This document shows, piece by piece, positions 21,430 through 32,160 of a DNA stretch of 64,000 nucleotides. The notes under the pieces are model-generated. The model saw nothing but the letters and a program-made list of their open reading frames with translations, was not told where the DNA came from and searched no databases. Position 1 is the first letter of the stretch; each line of letters starts with the position of its first letter. The stretch comes from Minisyncoccia bacterium. GTDB taxonomy: Bacteria > Patescibacteriota > Minisyncoccia > SW-4-49-11. Both the position numbers and the translations under genes were made by a program. Where the stretch lies: positions 8,764-72,763 of the forward strand of contig JBIIRM010000004.1 in assembly GCA_044341565.1 (NCBI GenBank). The letters are read 5' to 3'.

Positions 21430-21472
21430 TATACCTAGATTTTTAATAAAAATGAGCCTAATAAGCTCCTTT

Positions 21473-21892
21473 TTATTTTTGACAAGATTTACATATACCT
21501 TGTATTTCAAAGGAATGTGATATAGGTTTTCCAATATGGGAAATTGAATGTAATAACGGATCAATAAGACATTCATCAATATCAATTATTCTATTACACT
21601 CAGAGCAAGTAAAATGATGATGATGGGGTAGGAATTGAGAAGATAATTCATAAGAGGTCGCTTTTTCTCTATAAATAGCATCTATTAATTGAATACTATG
21701 AAGTTTTTCTAAAATACGATGAATTGTGGATAAGTCAATTGAATTATGATTGTCTTTTAATTGAGTATAAATAGACTTTGCTTCTATAGGAGTTTTGGTC
21801 TCAATAATAGTATCAATTACAACCCTCATATGCTGTGTTAAGCGAATATGAGATTTTTGAATATAGGTATATACCTTGTCATTAATAGACAT
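21473..21892 (-). CDS. Fur/Zur family metal-responsive regulator
   Basis: RLT, DLSTIHRIL HTH, HHHHFTCSEC, C-terminal GICKSC. Confidence 0.92.
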   Translation of the reverse strand: MSINDKVYTYIQKSHIRLTQHMRVVIDTIIETKTPIEAKSIYTQLKDNHNSIDLSTIHRILEKLHSIQLIDAIYREKATSYELSSQFLPHHHHFTCSECNRIIDIDECLIDPLLHSISHIGKPISHSFEIQGICKSCQK

Positions 21893-21905
21893 AGAGTGAA
21901 ATTAT

Positions 21906-21979
21906 TGGCAGGCACAGTAGGAATCGAACCTACGACGATGGTTTTGGAGACCATTGTTATACCATTTAACTATGCGCCT
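21906..21979 (-). tRNA. tRNA-Trp(CCA)
   Basis: ATGGT-CT-CCA-AA-ACCAT; encoded CCA. Confidence 0.96.
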
Positions 21980-22077
21980 AAGTTATCTTAGTTTATCAGT
22001 AAAATATACTTTTGACAAGTAATATTGTTGACATCAAAACAGATATTTGATACTATTAGATAGTAGTTATATATAAA

Positions 22078-22153
22078 GCGGGTATCGTATAAAGGCTAAT
22101 TATCTCTGCCTTCCAAGCAGATGATGAGGGTTCGATTCCCTCTACCCGCTCCA
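22078..22153 (+). tRNA. tRNA-Gly(TCC)
   Basis: TCTGC-CT-TCC-AA-GCAGA; acceptor GCGGGTA/TACCCGC; TCCA end. Confidence 0.96.
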
Positions 22154-22168
22154 ATTATAAAGATAAAA

Positions 22169-23314
22169 ATGAAAATAAAAATGAGATATAAATATACAAT
22201 AGTAGGAATATTTATTATAATAGGATATTTTATTTCATTTAATACATCTACAGCATTAGACGGTAGGTTTGATAATAAGGCTGGAATTCCTGATGCTGCG
22301 CCAATAATTATAGCCCCACCTACCACTTTACCTAATGCTGGGACTAATACCACAGCTGAAAATCAAAGAACTGCAACACCTCCGATAACTCCTAATACGC
22401 CAATACCAGGGCAACCAGTTCCTCAATCAACAGTAACCCAGCCTACTAGTACTGGAGGAGGTCAAGTAACTTATCAATCTTATACTAATTTTCCTGGAGT
22501 GGGGCGAATAGGTAATTTGTGCCAACTTATTACTGCTCTCTGGTATCTTGGATTTGCAACTCTCTTTACTGCGGTACTCGGTATGTTTATATATGGAGGA
22601 TATATGTATGTGACTGCGGGAGTGAATGCAGGGAAAGTTAATCAGGCGAAAGAAATATTTACCAATACCATCATAGGTCTGATTATTGGACTTTCCATAT
22701 TTATTATTATTAATATTATTAATCCAGGATTATTACAAGGGAATTGTAGTGTCCCATCTCCTGGAGCAGGAGGGCAAACTCTAGGAGGGCCATCAGGGAC
22801 ATCTAATATTCAACCAAAGCCAGGAGAAAGTGTTTTTCCTGTTACGTTTTCTTATCAAGGGCCTTCTGGAGGACAAGCCTATGGAGCACCAAGAAGATAT
22901 GGCCCACATTCTGGGATAGACTTTACTCCTTGTTGGGATTCTCCCGGGGGATCTCCATATACGAGAGCAGGATGGGAAAGTTTACCTATATTAGCTTTTA
23001 GAGATGGTACTGTAACTCAGATTAATGAAAGAGGATTAAATGATGTTAGAATTAGGCATGCTGATGGGGTTGAAACTAGATATAGTCATAACAGTAGAAT
23101 TTTAGTCTCTGCAGGTCAGGAGGTCAAAGCAGGGCAAGAGATTGCTAGATTGGGTGAAAAAGGAGCAGAAGGGGCACCACATTTACATTTAGATGTGTTT
23201 ATAAATGGATCTACAGTGAATCCAGCTAACATTTTATTAGGGAGTTCTAAAAATCCAGATCCTTCTAAGGTTAAAACTACAGGTAGTCCTAAATCTGGAT
23301 GTGCAGGACTATAA
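22169..23314 (+). CDS. TrbC/VirB2-like (CPR) pilin fused to an M23 metallopeptidase
   Basis: Signal peptide; Pro/Thr linker; pilin (IYGGYMYVTAGVNAGKVNQAKEIFTNTIIGLII...INPGLL); M23 HSGID, YSH, PHLH; start placed after tRNA-Gly. Confidence 0.85.
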   Translation: MKIKMRYKYTIVGIFIIIGYFISFNTSTALDGRFDNKAGIPDAAPIIIAPPTTLPNAGTNTTAENQRTATPPITPNTPIPGQPVPQSTVTQPTSTGGGQVTYQSYTNFPGVGRIGNLCQLITALWYLGFATLFTAVLGMFIYGGYMYVTAGVNAGKVNQAKEIFTNTIIGLIIGLSIFIIINIINPGLLQGNCSVPSPGAGGQTLGGPSGTSNIQPKPGESVFPVTFSYQGPSGGQAYGAPRRYGPHSGIDFTPCWDSPGGSPYTRAGWESLPILAFRDGTVTQINERGLNDVRIRHADGVETRYSHNSRILVSAGQEVKAGQEIARLGEKGAEGAPHLHLDVFINGSTVNPANILLGSSKNPDPSKVKTTGSPKSGCAGL

Positions 23315-23387
23315 CACATTATATTTGAATTTTCACCAAAATCAGCGTATACTATAAAAATAGATTAAATGATAGAAAATAGTATAT

Positions 23388-25988
23388 ATGACTTTTTTAC
23401 AAAAAATATTCGGAGATCCAAATGCGAAAACATTATCCAAAATCCAACCAATTGTAGACCAAATTAATTCTCTAGAAAATACCTATAAAGATAAGTCTGA
23501 TGAGGAAATACGGGCTGAAATAACAAGGCTTAAATCAGAAGTACAGGAGAAGGGTATTCATCTTGATGAAGTGCTTGCTCCTACTTTTGCTCTTGTGAGA
23601 GAAGCTTCTCGTCGTACTCTTGGACAAAGACATTTTGATGTACAGTTAATTGGAGGTATTGTATTACATCAAGGTAAAATTGCTGAGATGAGAACAGGAG
23701 AGGGTAAAACCTTGGTAGCAACTTTACCAACGGTATTGAATGCTCTTACAGGACGAGGAGTTCATGTTGTAACAGTAAATGATTATCTTGCAAAGCGAGA
23801 TGCTGTTTGGATGGGACAAATTTATCATTTTTTAGGGTTATCTCTTGGTATTGTTACAGGAGAGGGAGCATATCTCTATACCGAAGTTCCTTCAGAGGAT
23901 AAAGAAAGAGATGAAAAAGGTTCTTATGAGGTGGGACAGGAGTTTTTGATTAAGGTAGGTCGAAAAGAAGCCTATGCTGCTGATATTACTTATGGAACCA
24001 ATAATGAATTTGGTTTTGACTATCTGAGAGATAATATGTCAACTTCTGAGGCTAATATGGTACAGCGAGAATATTATTTTGCTATAGTTGATGAGGTTGA
24101 TAGTGTTTTGATTGATGAGGCTCGAACTCCACTTATTATCTCAGCTCCTGATGCTGAGTCTCCAGCTTTATATAAAACATTTGCTAGCTTAGTACCTAAT
24201 CTCAAGCCAGAAAAAGATTATACGGTAGATGAAAAAATGCGTACCGTTAATATTACCGAATCAGGTATAGATAAAGTTGAAAAATCTCTTAATATTACCA
24301 ATATCTATGAGGAAAAAGGGTTAGCTTTTGTTCATCATTTGGAACAGGCTCTCAAGGCTCAAGCTTTATTTCATCTTGATAAAGAATATGTAGTCAAAGA
24401 TGGAGAAATTATCATTGTGGATCAATTCACGGGTCGTATGACTCCGGGGAGACGTTATTCTGAGGGATTACATCAGGCACTTGAAGCAAAGGAAGGAGTT
24501 GCTATACAACAAGAATCTAAAACATTAGCAACAATTACTTTACAGAATTATTTCCGTATGTATGATAAGTTAGCTGGTATGACAGGAACAGCTGTTACCA
24601 GTGCTGAGGAATTACATAAAGTATATAAATTAGATGTGGTAATAATGCCTACTAATAAGGAAATCAAAAGGCAGGATTTAGCTGATGTAGTATATAAAAA
24701 TGAAAAGGCAAAATTTACTGCAATTGCAAAAAAAGTCAAAGAGGTTTCTGAACTAGGTCAACCAGTATTGCTTGGTACAGCTTCTATTGAAAAAAGTGAG
24801 GAGCTTGGTAAGGTATTTGATAAATTTAAGCTTAAATATACTATTTTGAATGCAAAACAGCATGAGGCTGAGGGACTTATTATTGCAGATGCTGGGAAAA
24901 AAGGAGCTATTACCATTGCCACCAATATGGCAGGAAGAGGTGTAGATATTAAGCTTGGAGGAGCTAATGCTACAGAAGAGCAAAAACAAGAAGTATTAGA
25001 GCTTGGAGGATTATATGTTATTGGAAGTGAGAGACATGAAGCTCGTCGTATTGATAATCAGTTAAGAGGTCGCTCTGGTCGGCAAGGTGAGGCTGGTATT
25101 ACTCAATTTTATCTTTCTCTAGACGATGAGATTATGCGAATTTTTGGTGGAGAGAGAATTAAATCTTTGATGGAGCGATTTAATTTTCCTGAGGATGAGC
25201 CAATTGAAAATGTGCTTATTGCAAAGTCAATAGAAGGTGCTCAGACCAAAATTGAAGGATTCCATTTTGACTCCCGTAAACATTTACTTGAATATGATGA
25301 TGTTATCAATAAACAGCGTGAAATTATTTATAAAAAAAGACGAGATATTCTCTTGAATCAAATTGATATTAAATCACAAACTTCAGAGTTAATTCGAGAA
25401 AATATCTATAGAATTGTATCGTTCTATACGACTATTGAAAGTACTCGAGAATGGGATTTGAAGTCAATCGGAGAGGATATTCAAGGACTTATTGGTAATA
25501 CTATTGACTTCAATTCTACTTTAGAGAATATTCGAGATCAAGAGGGTACTATAGAGACGAAAAAGCAATCTATGATTGAAACTTTAGTGGAAATTATTGA
25601 AGGTATTCTTTCTAAACGATTTGAATCAGTAACTGATGAGCAGTATCAAGGAGTATTGAATTCAGTATATATTCAGACTATAGATAATCTTTGGATGGAA
25701 CATTTAGAGGTAATTGATTATTTAAAAACGGGAATTCGGCTTCGTGGTTATGCTCAGCGAGACCCACTTATTGAGTATAAAAATGAGGCATTTATGCTAT
25801 TTGAAAAATTATTAACCTCAATTCGAGATAATTATATTAATACCATTCTAAGAATTGAGCCAACTCCTCAAATAGCTCAAAATATTACTGTCCCAAGCCC
25901 TATAGGAGAATCTGTCCCTCGAGTAGGCCGGAATGACCCTTGTCCTTGTGGAAGTGGAAAAAAGTATAAAAAATGTCATGGTAAATAA
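23388..25988 (+). CDS. secA: Protein translocase subunit SecA
   Basis: [51 protein letters not shown]. Confidence 0.99.
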   Translation: MTFLQKIFGDPNAKTLSKIQPIVDQINSLENTYKDKSDEEIRAEITRLKSEVQEKGIHLDEVLAPTFALVREASRRTLGQRHFDVQLIGGIVLHQGKIAEMRTGEGKTLVATLPTVLNALTGRGVHVVTVNDYLAKRDAVWMGQIYHFLGLSLGIVTGEGAYLYTEVPSEDKERDEKGSYEVGQEFLIKVGRKEAYAADITYGTNNEFGFDYLRDNMSTSEANMVQREYYFAIVDEVDSVLIDEARTPLIISAPDAESPALYKTFASLVPNLKPEKDYTVDEKMRTVNITESGIDKVEKSLNITNIYEEKGLAFVHHLEQALKAQALFHLDKEYVVKDGEIIIVDQFTGRMTPGRRYSEGLHQALEAKEGVAIQQESKTLATITLQNYFRMYDKLAGMTGTAVTSAEELHKVYKLDVVIMPTNKEIKRQDLADVVYKNEKAKFTAIAKKVKEVSELGQPVLLGTASIEKSEELGKVFDKFKLKYTILNAKQHEAEGLIIADAGKKGAITIATNMAGRGVDIKLGGANATEEQKQEVLELGGLYVIGSERHEARRIDNQLRGRSGRQGEAGITQFYLSLDDEIMRIFGGERIKSLMERFNFPEDEPIENVLIAKSIEGAQTKIEGFHFDSRKHLLEYDDVINKQREIIYKKRRDILLNQIDIKSQTSELIRENIYRIVSFYTTIESTREWDLKSIGEDIQGLIGNTIDFNSTLENIRDQEGTIETKKQSMIETLVEIIEGILSKRFESVTDEQYQGVLNSVYIQTIDNLWMEHLEVIDYLKTGIRLRGYAQRDPLIEYKNEAFMLFEKLLTSIRDNYINTILRIEPTPQIAQNITVPSPIGESVPRVGRNDPCPCGSGKKYKKCHGK

Positions 25989-26003
25989 TATAAAATCATA
26001 AAT

Positions 26004-26795
26004 ATGAAAAACTGGATAAATAAAAACCCAAAGCTCGTATTCCCAATAGGATTATTCTTATTCCTCGCAATAGGGGGCTCATATATATATTTTATTCTCC
26101 TCGAGAAGCCAGATACTAAAGTTACTGATTTTAAATCTTGTACAGAATCCAGTAAAGGTATTATTAGAGAAATTTATCCAGCTCAATGTGTATATAATGG
26201 AGTGACATATACCGAAGAAATTGTTACACAACCGAATGACATTAATCCAAATGGTGAAGGTATTAATCTAGATTTACCAGAAAATGAAAAAGCTCAAATT
26301 GAAGCTTGGCTTGAGAAGAATAACTATAATCAATATGGAGATAAGACAGATACGGTATATTTAGGAGGTACTCCACTTTTTGATGAAGCTAAAGGTACTT
26401 ATATCAAATTATATGATTATTTAGTACAAAAATATCCTGATAAACCATGGCTTATAACAACAAATCAGCCTAATGAGAATTCTAGTAATACAAATCCTGA
26501 AGTGAAATCATTCACTACAGTAAAAAATTGGCTCAACTTTACTGATCCAAACTTTGAATTGCAATATCCTGATTTTGTAGATGTAGCTAATCAAAATGGA
26601 TATCCTGTAAAATTCAGTAATGAAGATGGATTTGAATTTGTGATTTATGTAGATAGCAAGGCTCCCCAATATGCTGCTGGTACTTGTGATAAAAAAGCAG
26701 ATGTAGATGCATTGGGAGTATATTTGTGCTATAATAAAACTAAAGCATATCAAGAATTATATCAAAGAATATTGGATTCATTTGTAGCAAGATAG
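26004..26795 (+). CDS. Hypothetical membrane-anchored modular protein
   Basis: N-terminal TM; Cys module (VTDFKSC...YPAQC); YGD...YLGGTPLFDE...KYPDKPW module. Confidence 0.75.
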   Translation: MKNWINKNPKLVFPIGLFLFLAIGGSYIYFILLEKPDTKVTDFKSCTESSKGIIREIYPAQCVYNGVTYTEEIVTQPNDINPNGEGINLDLPENEKAQIEAWLEKNNYNQYGDKTDTVYLGGTPLFDEAKGTYIKLYDYLVQKYPDKPWLITTNQPNENSSNTNPEVKSFTTVKNWLNFTDPNFELQYPDFVDVANQNGYPVKFSNEDGFEFVIYVDSKAPQYAAGTCDKKADVDALGVYLCYNKTKAYQELYQRILDSFVAR

Positions 26796-26830
26796 AGGAG
26801 ATAGTATATGTATAAAACTCGTAAGTTAGA
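26747..26830 (+). repeat. 84-bp direct repeat, copy 1
   Basis: Matches 28292-28375 with 3 mismatches; spans the end of the upstream gene, the GAGGAG RBS and the MYKTRKL codons. Confidence 0.95.
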
Positions 26831-28154
26831 GTTATATGATGTTGCTATCGTTGGTGCAGGAGCGGCTGGGATAATTGCGGCTGAAGTTCTAGTTAAGAAA
26901 GGTCTAAAAGTTTGTGTTTTAGAGGCTCGTGATAGAATTGGGGGGCGCTTAAAAAGTGTCAAAACTAATTCTGGTGCATTTGTTGAGCTAGGTGGTCAGT
27001 GGCTTGCGATGTCAGGGCAAAAGCGACTCGAAGCACTTGTAAAAAAATATAAATATGAACATTTTATTAATTCAACAAAAGGATATGTTTTTTCAGAAGA
27101 TTTGAATGGTTTACAAAAGCTTCCAAAAGGCTCTATTCCTTTATCTTTTGTTGGAAAAATTGATTCTTTGCGGTTTAGATATTATCTTTCAAGAAAGATT
27201 AAAGATGTAAATCTTGAAACTATAGAAGAACATAAGGAACTTGATCAGATAGATATTCAGAGTTGGTTGAATAATAATCTATGGACTAAAGATTCAAGAG
27301 AATATTGGAGAATTCTTTTTGAGCAGGCACTATGTTGTGAGATTAGTAATGTATCTGTCCTTGAGGGTTTATTGAATTTAAGCACTATCGGAGATTTTGA
27401 TTTACTTGAAAAAGCTGACCACTTTTATTTTAATAAGGGTCTTTCAAACCTTTTTTCCAAGATAGTTAAAGATAATGATATAGAAGTTCGCTATAACTCT
27501 GAAATCACTCATATCAATCAGGGTCAAGATTCCGTTACTTTGCGCGGAAGTTTTGGTGAGATAAAGTCAAAATTTGCATTAGTCGCTGTTCCCCCGCAGG
27601 TTTTTTCTCGGATTTCATTTGAACCAAAACTATCTGAAGATTTAGATAAAGTAATTCATTCTTTTCAACAAGGTAATGTCGTAAAAGTTGTCGCATTTTA
27701 TAAAGAACCTTGGTGGAGAGATATGGGGAATTCTGGACTAATACAGTCGCAGGTTGGTCCTTTTGATTTTATCATCGACTCGTCTTTTCCAAATTTACAA
27801 GAAGGGGTTTTAGTGGGGCTTGCTGTAAGTACCTATGCAAAGAAACTCGAAAACTTATCTGACTCTGAAATAAAAGAAAAATTTATCGAACAGGTAAATA
27901 GAACACATAGGGCTTCGTACCAACCACTAGAGATTCATTGCATGAATTGGATAAATGAAAAATTTACTTTAGGTGGTTATTCTTCTCGTCGAAAAATAGG
28001 AGATTGGTCTTTGTACGGAGATATTCTAGCGCAGCCACAAGCAAGGATTTTCTTTGCCGGAACAGAATCTGCAAGACAGTGGAGAGGATACGTAGAGGGA
28101 GCGCTTGAGTCAGGCGAAAGACAAGCAAATATCATTGCCAAAAAGTTAAAATAA
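26808..28154 (+). CDS. Flavin monoamine oxidase family protein
   Basis: IVGAGAAG, LEARDRIGGR, ELGGQW, FAGTE...GYVEGALESG. Confidence 0.92.
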   Translation: MYKTRKLELYDVAIVGAGAAGIIAAEVLVKKGLKVCVLEARDRIGGRLKSVKTNSGAFVELGGQWLAMSGQKRLEALVKKYKYEHFINSTKGYVFSEDLNGLQKLPKGSIPLSFVGKIDSLRFRYYLSRKIKDVNLETIEEHKELDQIDIQSWLNNNLWTKDSREYWRILFEQALCCEISNVSVLEGLLNLSTIGDFDLLEKADHFYFNKGLSNLFSKIVKDNDIEVRYNSEITHINQGQDSVTLRGSFGEIKSKFALVAVPPQVFSRISFEPKLSEDLDKVIHSFQQGNVVKVVAFYKEPWWRDMGNSGLIQSQVGPFDFIIDSSFPNLQEGVLVGLAVSTYAKKLENLSDSEIKEKFIEQVNRTHRASYQPLEIHCMNWINEKFTLGGYSSRRKIGDWSLYGDILAQPQARIFFAGTESARQWRGYVEGALESGERQANIIAKKLK

Positions 28155-28291
28155 ATTTTGATGTATAAATACTAAAAAATCGATTTTAAATACAACCTTT
28201 TAGATCTAATTATTAAATTTAAAAGCAAGTCTACTTATACTATAAATATAAATGTTAAATCTCTATATTTATGATATAATAGAAATGAACA

Positions 28292-28375
28292 ATATCAAGA
28301 ATTATATCAAAGAATATTGGATTCATTTGTAGCAAGATAGAGGAGATAGTGTATGTATAAAACTCGCAAATTAGA
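28292..28375 (+). repeat. 84-bp direct repeat, copy 2
   Basis: 1545 bp downstream of copy 1. Confidence 0.95.
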
Positions 28376-29627
28376 TAATGGGCTTACTATAATTGGTATT
28401 CCATTAAAAGATTCTAAAACTACTACGGTATTAACCTTGGTAGGTGTTGGATCTAGATATGAATCTGATCAAGAGAAAGGTTTATCTCATTTTCTAGAAC
28501 ATATGATGTTCAAAGGTACACAAAAAAGACCTAATGCAAAAATTATTGCTCAAGAATTAGATGGACTTGGAGCTTCATATAATGCTTTTACTAGCTATGA
28601 ATATACCGGATATTGGGTAAAAGTAAGAAATCAAAAAAAATATATAGCTCTTGATATTATTGCGGATATTTTCCAAAATTCTCTTTTACAAGAAAGCGAT
28701 ATCAAAGTAGAGCGAGGAGCTATTACCGAAGAGCTTAATATGTATTTAGATATGCCAACAAGGCAAATACATAGTGATTTTCAGTCTCTCTTGTATGGAG
28801 ATACCCCTCTCGGGAGATCAATTATTGGGACTCGAGAATCAATTCATTCATTTACCAGACCAGATTTTATTGAATATGTTTCTCAAAAATATGTAATAGG
28901 GAATACCTATATTATTATTGCGGGTGAAGTAGATACTGCTATTATTGATAGGGTAGAGGACTCCTTTCGGCATGCTCGCAATCAAAAAGATATACCGACA
29001 AGAGATATTATTACTATCAATCAAAAAGCTCCACAAGTTGCAATTAGGACTAAGAAAACAGATCAAACTCATTTAATGCTCGGATTTCATATTCCATCTA
29101 TTCATAATGAGGAGAGATATATTGCTACAATAGCAAGCACTATATTAGGAGGATATATGAGTTCACGCCTATTTACTGAAATTCGAGAAAAGAGGGGATT
29201 ATCCTATTATATTCGAGCTGATAGTCATCATTTTGATGATACCGGCGTATTTAGTATTAATACTGGTGTTCAGAATACCAAAGTTATTGAGACGGTAAAG
29301 CGAATAGTACAGGAATTACAACATATGAAAAATTTACCGGTATCAGATAAAGAATTATTGATAGCAAAAGAACATATAAAGGGTCAAACTGTTATGGAAT
29401 TTGAGTCCAGTGATGAGATAGCAGCTATTATTGGGATGAATGAATTATTATTAAAACAACCATTTGATTTAGACAAAGAAATGGAATTATATGGAGCTGT
29501 TACCAAACAGCAAATTCTTGATTTTCTACAGCAATATGCTCAATCACAATATCTCAATTTAGCTTTGATTGGGGATATTTCGGCTTCTGAGAATACAAAA
29601 TTAGAGAATATACTTGCAAGTTTATGA
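28353..29627 (+). CDS. M16 family zinc peptidase
   Basis: HFLEH (HxxEH), NAFTS, SSRLFTEIREKRGLSY. Confidence 0.95.
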   Translation: MYKTRKLDNGLTIIGIPLKDSKTTTVLTLVGVGSRYESDQEKGLSHFLEHMMFKGTQKRPNAKIIAQELDGLGASYNAFTSYEYTGYWVKVRNQKKYIALDIIADIFQNSLLQESDIKVERGAITEELNMYLDMPTRQIHSDFQSLLYGDTPLGRSIIGTRESIHSFTRPDFIEYVSQKYVIGNTYIIIAGEVDTAIIDRVEDSFRHARNQKDIPTRDIITINQKAPQVAIRTKKTDQTHLMLGFHIPSIHNEERYIATIASTILGGYMSSRLFTEIREKRGLSYYIRADSHHFDDTGVFSINTGVQNTKVIETVKRIVQELQHMKNLPVSDKELLIAKEHIKGQTVMEFESSDEIAAIIGMNELLLKQPFDLDKEMELYGAVTKQQILDFLQQYAQSQYLNLALIGDISASENTKLENILASL

Positions 29628-30772
29628 TATATCTAGATAATCAATCGAGTACTCCAATTCATCCTGAAGTATTAAAAGTAGTGACTCAAGTTATGCAGGA
29701 TAATTTTGCTAATCCTCATAGCCAGCATTCAGGAGGGCAACAATCTATGCATATTATTGATACAGCTCGACGCATTATCACTGATTATTTAGGTATACAA
29801 TTCTCAGAATTTATTTTTACCAGTGGGGCTACGGAAAGTAATAATATTGCAATACAGGGAGTAATCTTAAAAGCTTTACAGACAAGAGAGCAAATTGAAA
29901 TAATTACAACCCCAATAGAGCATAGTTCGGTAATAAATACCATAGAGGCTCTCAGAGATGAATATCCAGAAAGAATACATATCAAACTAATTCCTATTGA
30001 TGAGACCGGTATTGTAAAAGTAGAAGATATACAAAATTTACTAACTGATAAGACAGTATTAGTTAGCATTATTCATGCCAATAATGAAATAGGAACCATA
30101 CAGCCAATTAGAAATATTGGAAGAATGCTAAAAAAATATAATCCTGAATCAGTATATCCACTTTTTCATTCCGATGGAGCTCAAGCAATTTGGTCAGAAG
30201 ACATCAATTTACATTATGCTAATCTTGACCTATATAGTATATCGGGACATAAAATGTATGCCCCCAAAGGTATAGGAGCCTTATTTATCAAAAAAGATAC
30301 CCCTATACAAGCAATTACCTATGGGGGTGGGCAAGAATATTCTATGCGACCAGGTACACTTAATACTCCCCTTATTGCAGGGCTCGGAGAGGCATTCAGT
30401 CTACTCACTATTCCAGAGCATAAAGAATCATTAGATAAAGTGAGGCTTTTGAGAGATACTCTCTTAGATAAATTATTAGCTCTTGAAGCTATACAATTAA
30501 ATGGAGATAGAGAAAATCGATTACCTCAAAATATTAATATAGCAACCACAAAAAAATCAGATAGTCTTGTAATTACAGCTGATTTAGAAGGGCTTGCTAT
30601 CTCTGCAGGATCAGCTTGTCATAGTGGAGCCACTCAAGAATCCTATGTTATTCAGGCAATTAGTCCACCTGATTCTCATGCCTCAACTCAAAGTATACGC
30701 ATTTCATTTTCTCAATATACTACCGAAGAAGAAATAGAAAAAGCCTATACCATTATCAAATCATTAATCTAA
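29624..30772 (+). CDS. Cysteine desulfurase (IscS/NifS-like)
   Basis: IYLDN, FTSGATESNN, SGHKMYAPKG, SAGSACHS. Confidence 0.93.
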   Translation: MIYLDNQSSTPIHPEVLKVVTQVMQDNFANPHSQHSGGQQSMHIIDTARRIITDYLGIQFSEFIFTSGATESNNIAIQGVILKALQTREQIEIITTPIEHSSVINTIEALRDEYPERIHIKLIPIDETGIVKVEDIQNLLTDKTVLVSIIHANNEIGTIQPIRNIGRMLKKYNPESVYPLFHSDGAQAIWSEDINLHYANLDLYSISGHKMYAPKGIGALFIKKDTPIQAITYGGGQEYSMRPGTLNTPLIAGLGEAFSLLTIPEHKESLDKVRLLRDTLLDKLLALEAIQLNGDRENRLPQNINIATTKKSDSLVITADLEGLAISAGSACHSGATQESYVIQAISPPDSHASTQSIRISFSQYTTEEEIEKAYTIIKSLI

Positions 30773-30776
30773 ATAT

Positions 30777-32156
30777 ATGCTCAATATACTGATATCATTA
30801 CTTATATTTACTCTTCCATTTGAAATCTTAAAAATCTCATTTGGTAGTCTCGATATTAGAGTGCATCAAATTCTTTTAGCTTTAATTGTGATAACTCTAA
30901 TTCCTCGCTTTTTTAAAAAAGATCCACTTGTTACGATTTGGGATAATATAAAGTCATTAGATTGGTATTATGATAATATTCATCTTATTTTATTATCAGG
31001 AATGTGGCTAATGATTTTGATAGGGGGTATTGTGAATAGGGGAGAAGGAGATTTGAAGACGGTAATGATTCGTAATATAGTATTATTAGGATATATTCTA
31101 GTATTTTATATTATATATCGTTATATTAATACCAAAGAAAGACTGTATAAAGCTTTTAATTTACTATTCATCAGTACAGGTATTCTCATTCTCATTGGAC
31201 TCTATGAAGCAATTGCTTTTCAATTGGGATGGAATAGTTGGCAGGTATTTCCTGGAAGAGTAGATAGTCTTTTACCGGAACCAAATTGGTTTGGTATGTG
31301 GCTAGCTACAATATATGCAATTAGCGTACCTCTAGCTTTTTATGCTAAAAAATCTAAAGAACAATTTGCATTATGGTTTTTGATATTTGGAACTGTTTTG
31401 ATGAGTATTCTCTCAGTAACTCGGGCAAGCTGGCTTGCAATTATTATAGTAACCGGTTTATATATATTGTATCAGGCTATTTTTGTAAGAAAATATATAC
31501 AATTAGGGAAATTTAGTATTATTCTGTTTGCAGTGATATTCGGGGCTGCTGGTATGGCTGAATTGGGGCTGACAGACTTTAGCCTTAAAGATCGTGTTAA
31601 TTCCATTATTACCCAAGAGACCACTTACTACTATACAATTGATGAAAAAACAGGTAAAGAAGTCGCAGTTGACCCCAAAGAGGGCGATAAAAATCTAGAT
31701 AATGTCAAAGTCCGAAAAGAGGGCGATAAAAATCTAGATAATGTTAAAGTCCGCAAAGAGGCAGATGTGAATGTATTAAGTCGTAAAGATGGATATATTA
31801 GTGCTGGAGTTATTATATATAAATATATTTTCACAGGGGTTGGTCTTACTGGATATGAGAATAGAGTAGGGGAAGGATATAATACGAACAATATCCTTTT
31901 GGCGGTAGCAGTATCTGGTGGAATTATTACAATTTCCTTATTCCTTTCATTTTTATATATTATTACCAAACAAGGATTTCTTATTTTTAAACTCGACTCC
32001 AAATTAGCGACAATATTATTGGGAGTATTATTAGTAACCCTTATAACAGGAATGTTTAATGATAATTTCCTCATGGGATTCACTTGGTTAATATTTGGTC
32101 TTATAGCTGCTATACCAGAAGTCGTTTGGAGAAATGAAATGAACAATAAATCATAA
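30777..32156 (+). CDS. O-antigen ligase/polymerase (Wzy_C-like) membrane protein
   Basis: Multiple TM; RVDSLLPEPNWF, SVTRASW, TGVG. Confidence 0.8.
   Translation: MLNILISLLIFTLPFEILKISFGSLDIRVHQILLALIVITLIPRFFKKDPLVTIWDNIKSLDWYYDNIHLILLSGMWLMILIGGIVNRGEGDLKTVMIRNIVLLGYILVFYIIYRYINTKERLYKAFNLLFISTGILILIGLYEAIAFQLGWNSWQVFPGRVDSLLPEPNWFGMWLATIYAISVPLAFYAKKSKEQFALWFLIFGTVLMSILSVTRASWLAIIIVTGLYILYQAIFVRKYIQLGKFSIILFAVIFGAAGMAELGLTDFSLKDRVNSIITQETTYYYTIDEKTGKEVAVDPKEGDKNLDNVKVRKEGDKNLDNVKVRKEADVNVLSRKDGYISAGVIIYKYIFTGVGLTGYENRVGEGYNTNNILLAVAVSGGIITISLFLSFLYIITKQGFLIFKLDSKLATILLGVLLVTLITGMFNDNFLMGFTWLIFGLIAAIPEVVWRNEMNNKS
31677..31754 (+). repeat. In-frame 39-bp tandem duplication (KEGDKNLDNVKVR x2)
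   Basis: 31677-31715 and 31716-31754, with two synonymous differences. Confidence 0.95.
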
Positions 32157-32160
32157 ATAT

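Noticed and set aside
22096-22353. ORF on - strand and the ORF-track start at 22121
   Set aside because: Both overlap tRNA-Gly; the real pilin-M23 start is 22169 or 22181
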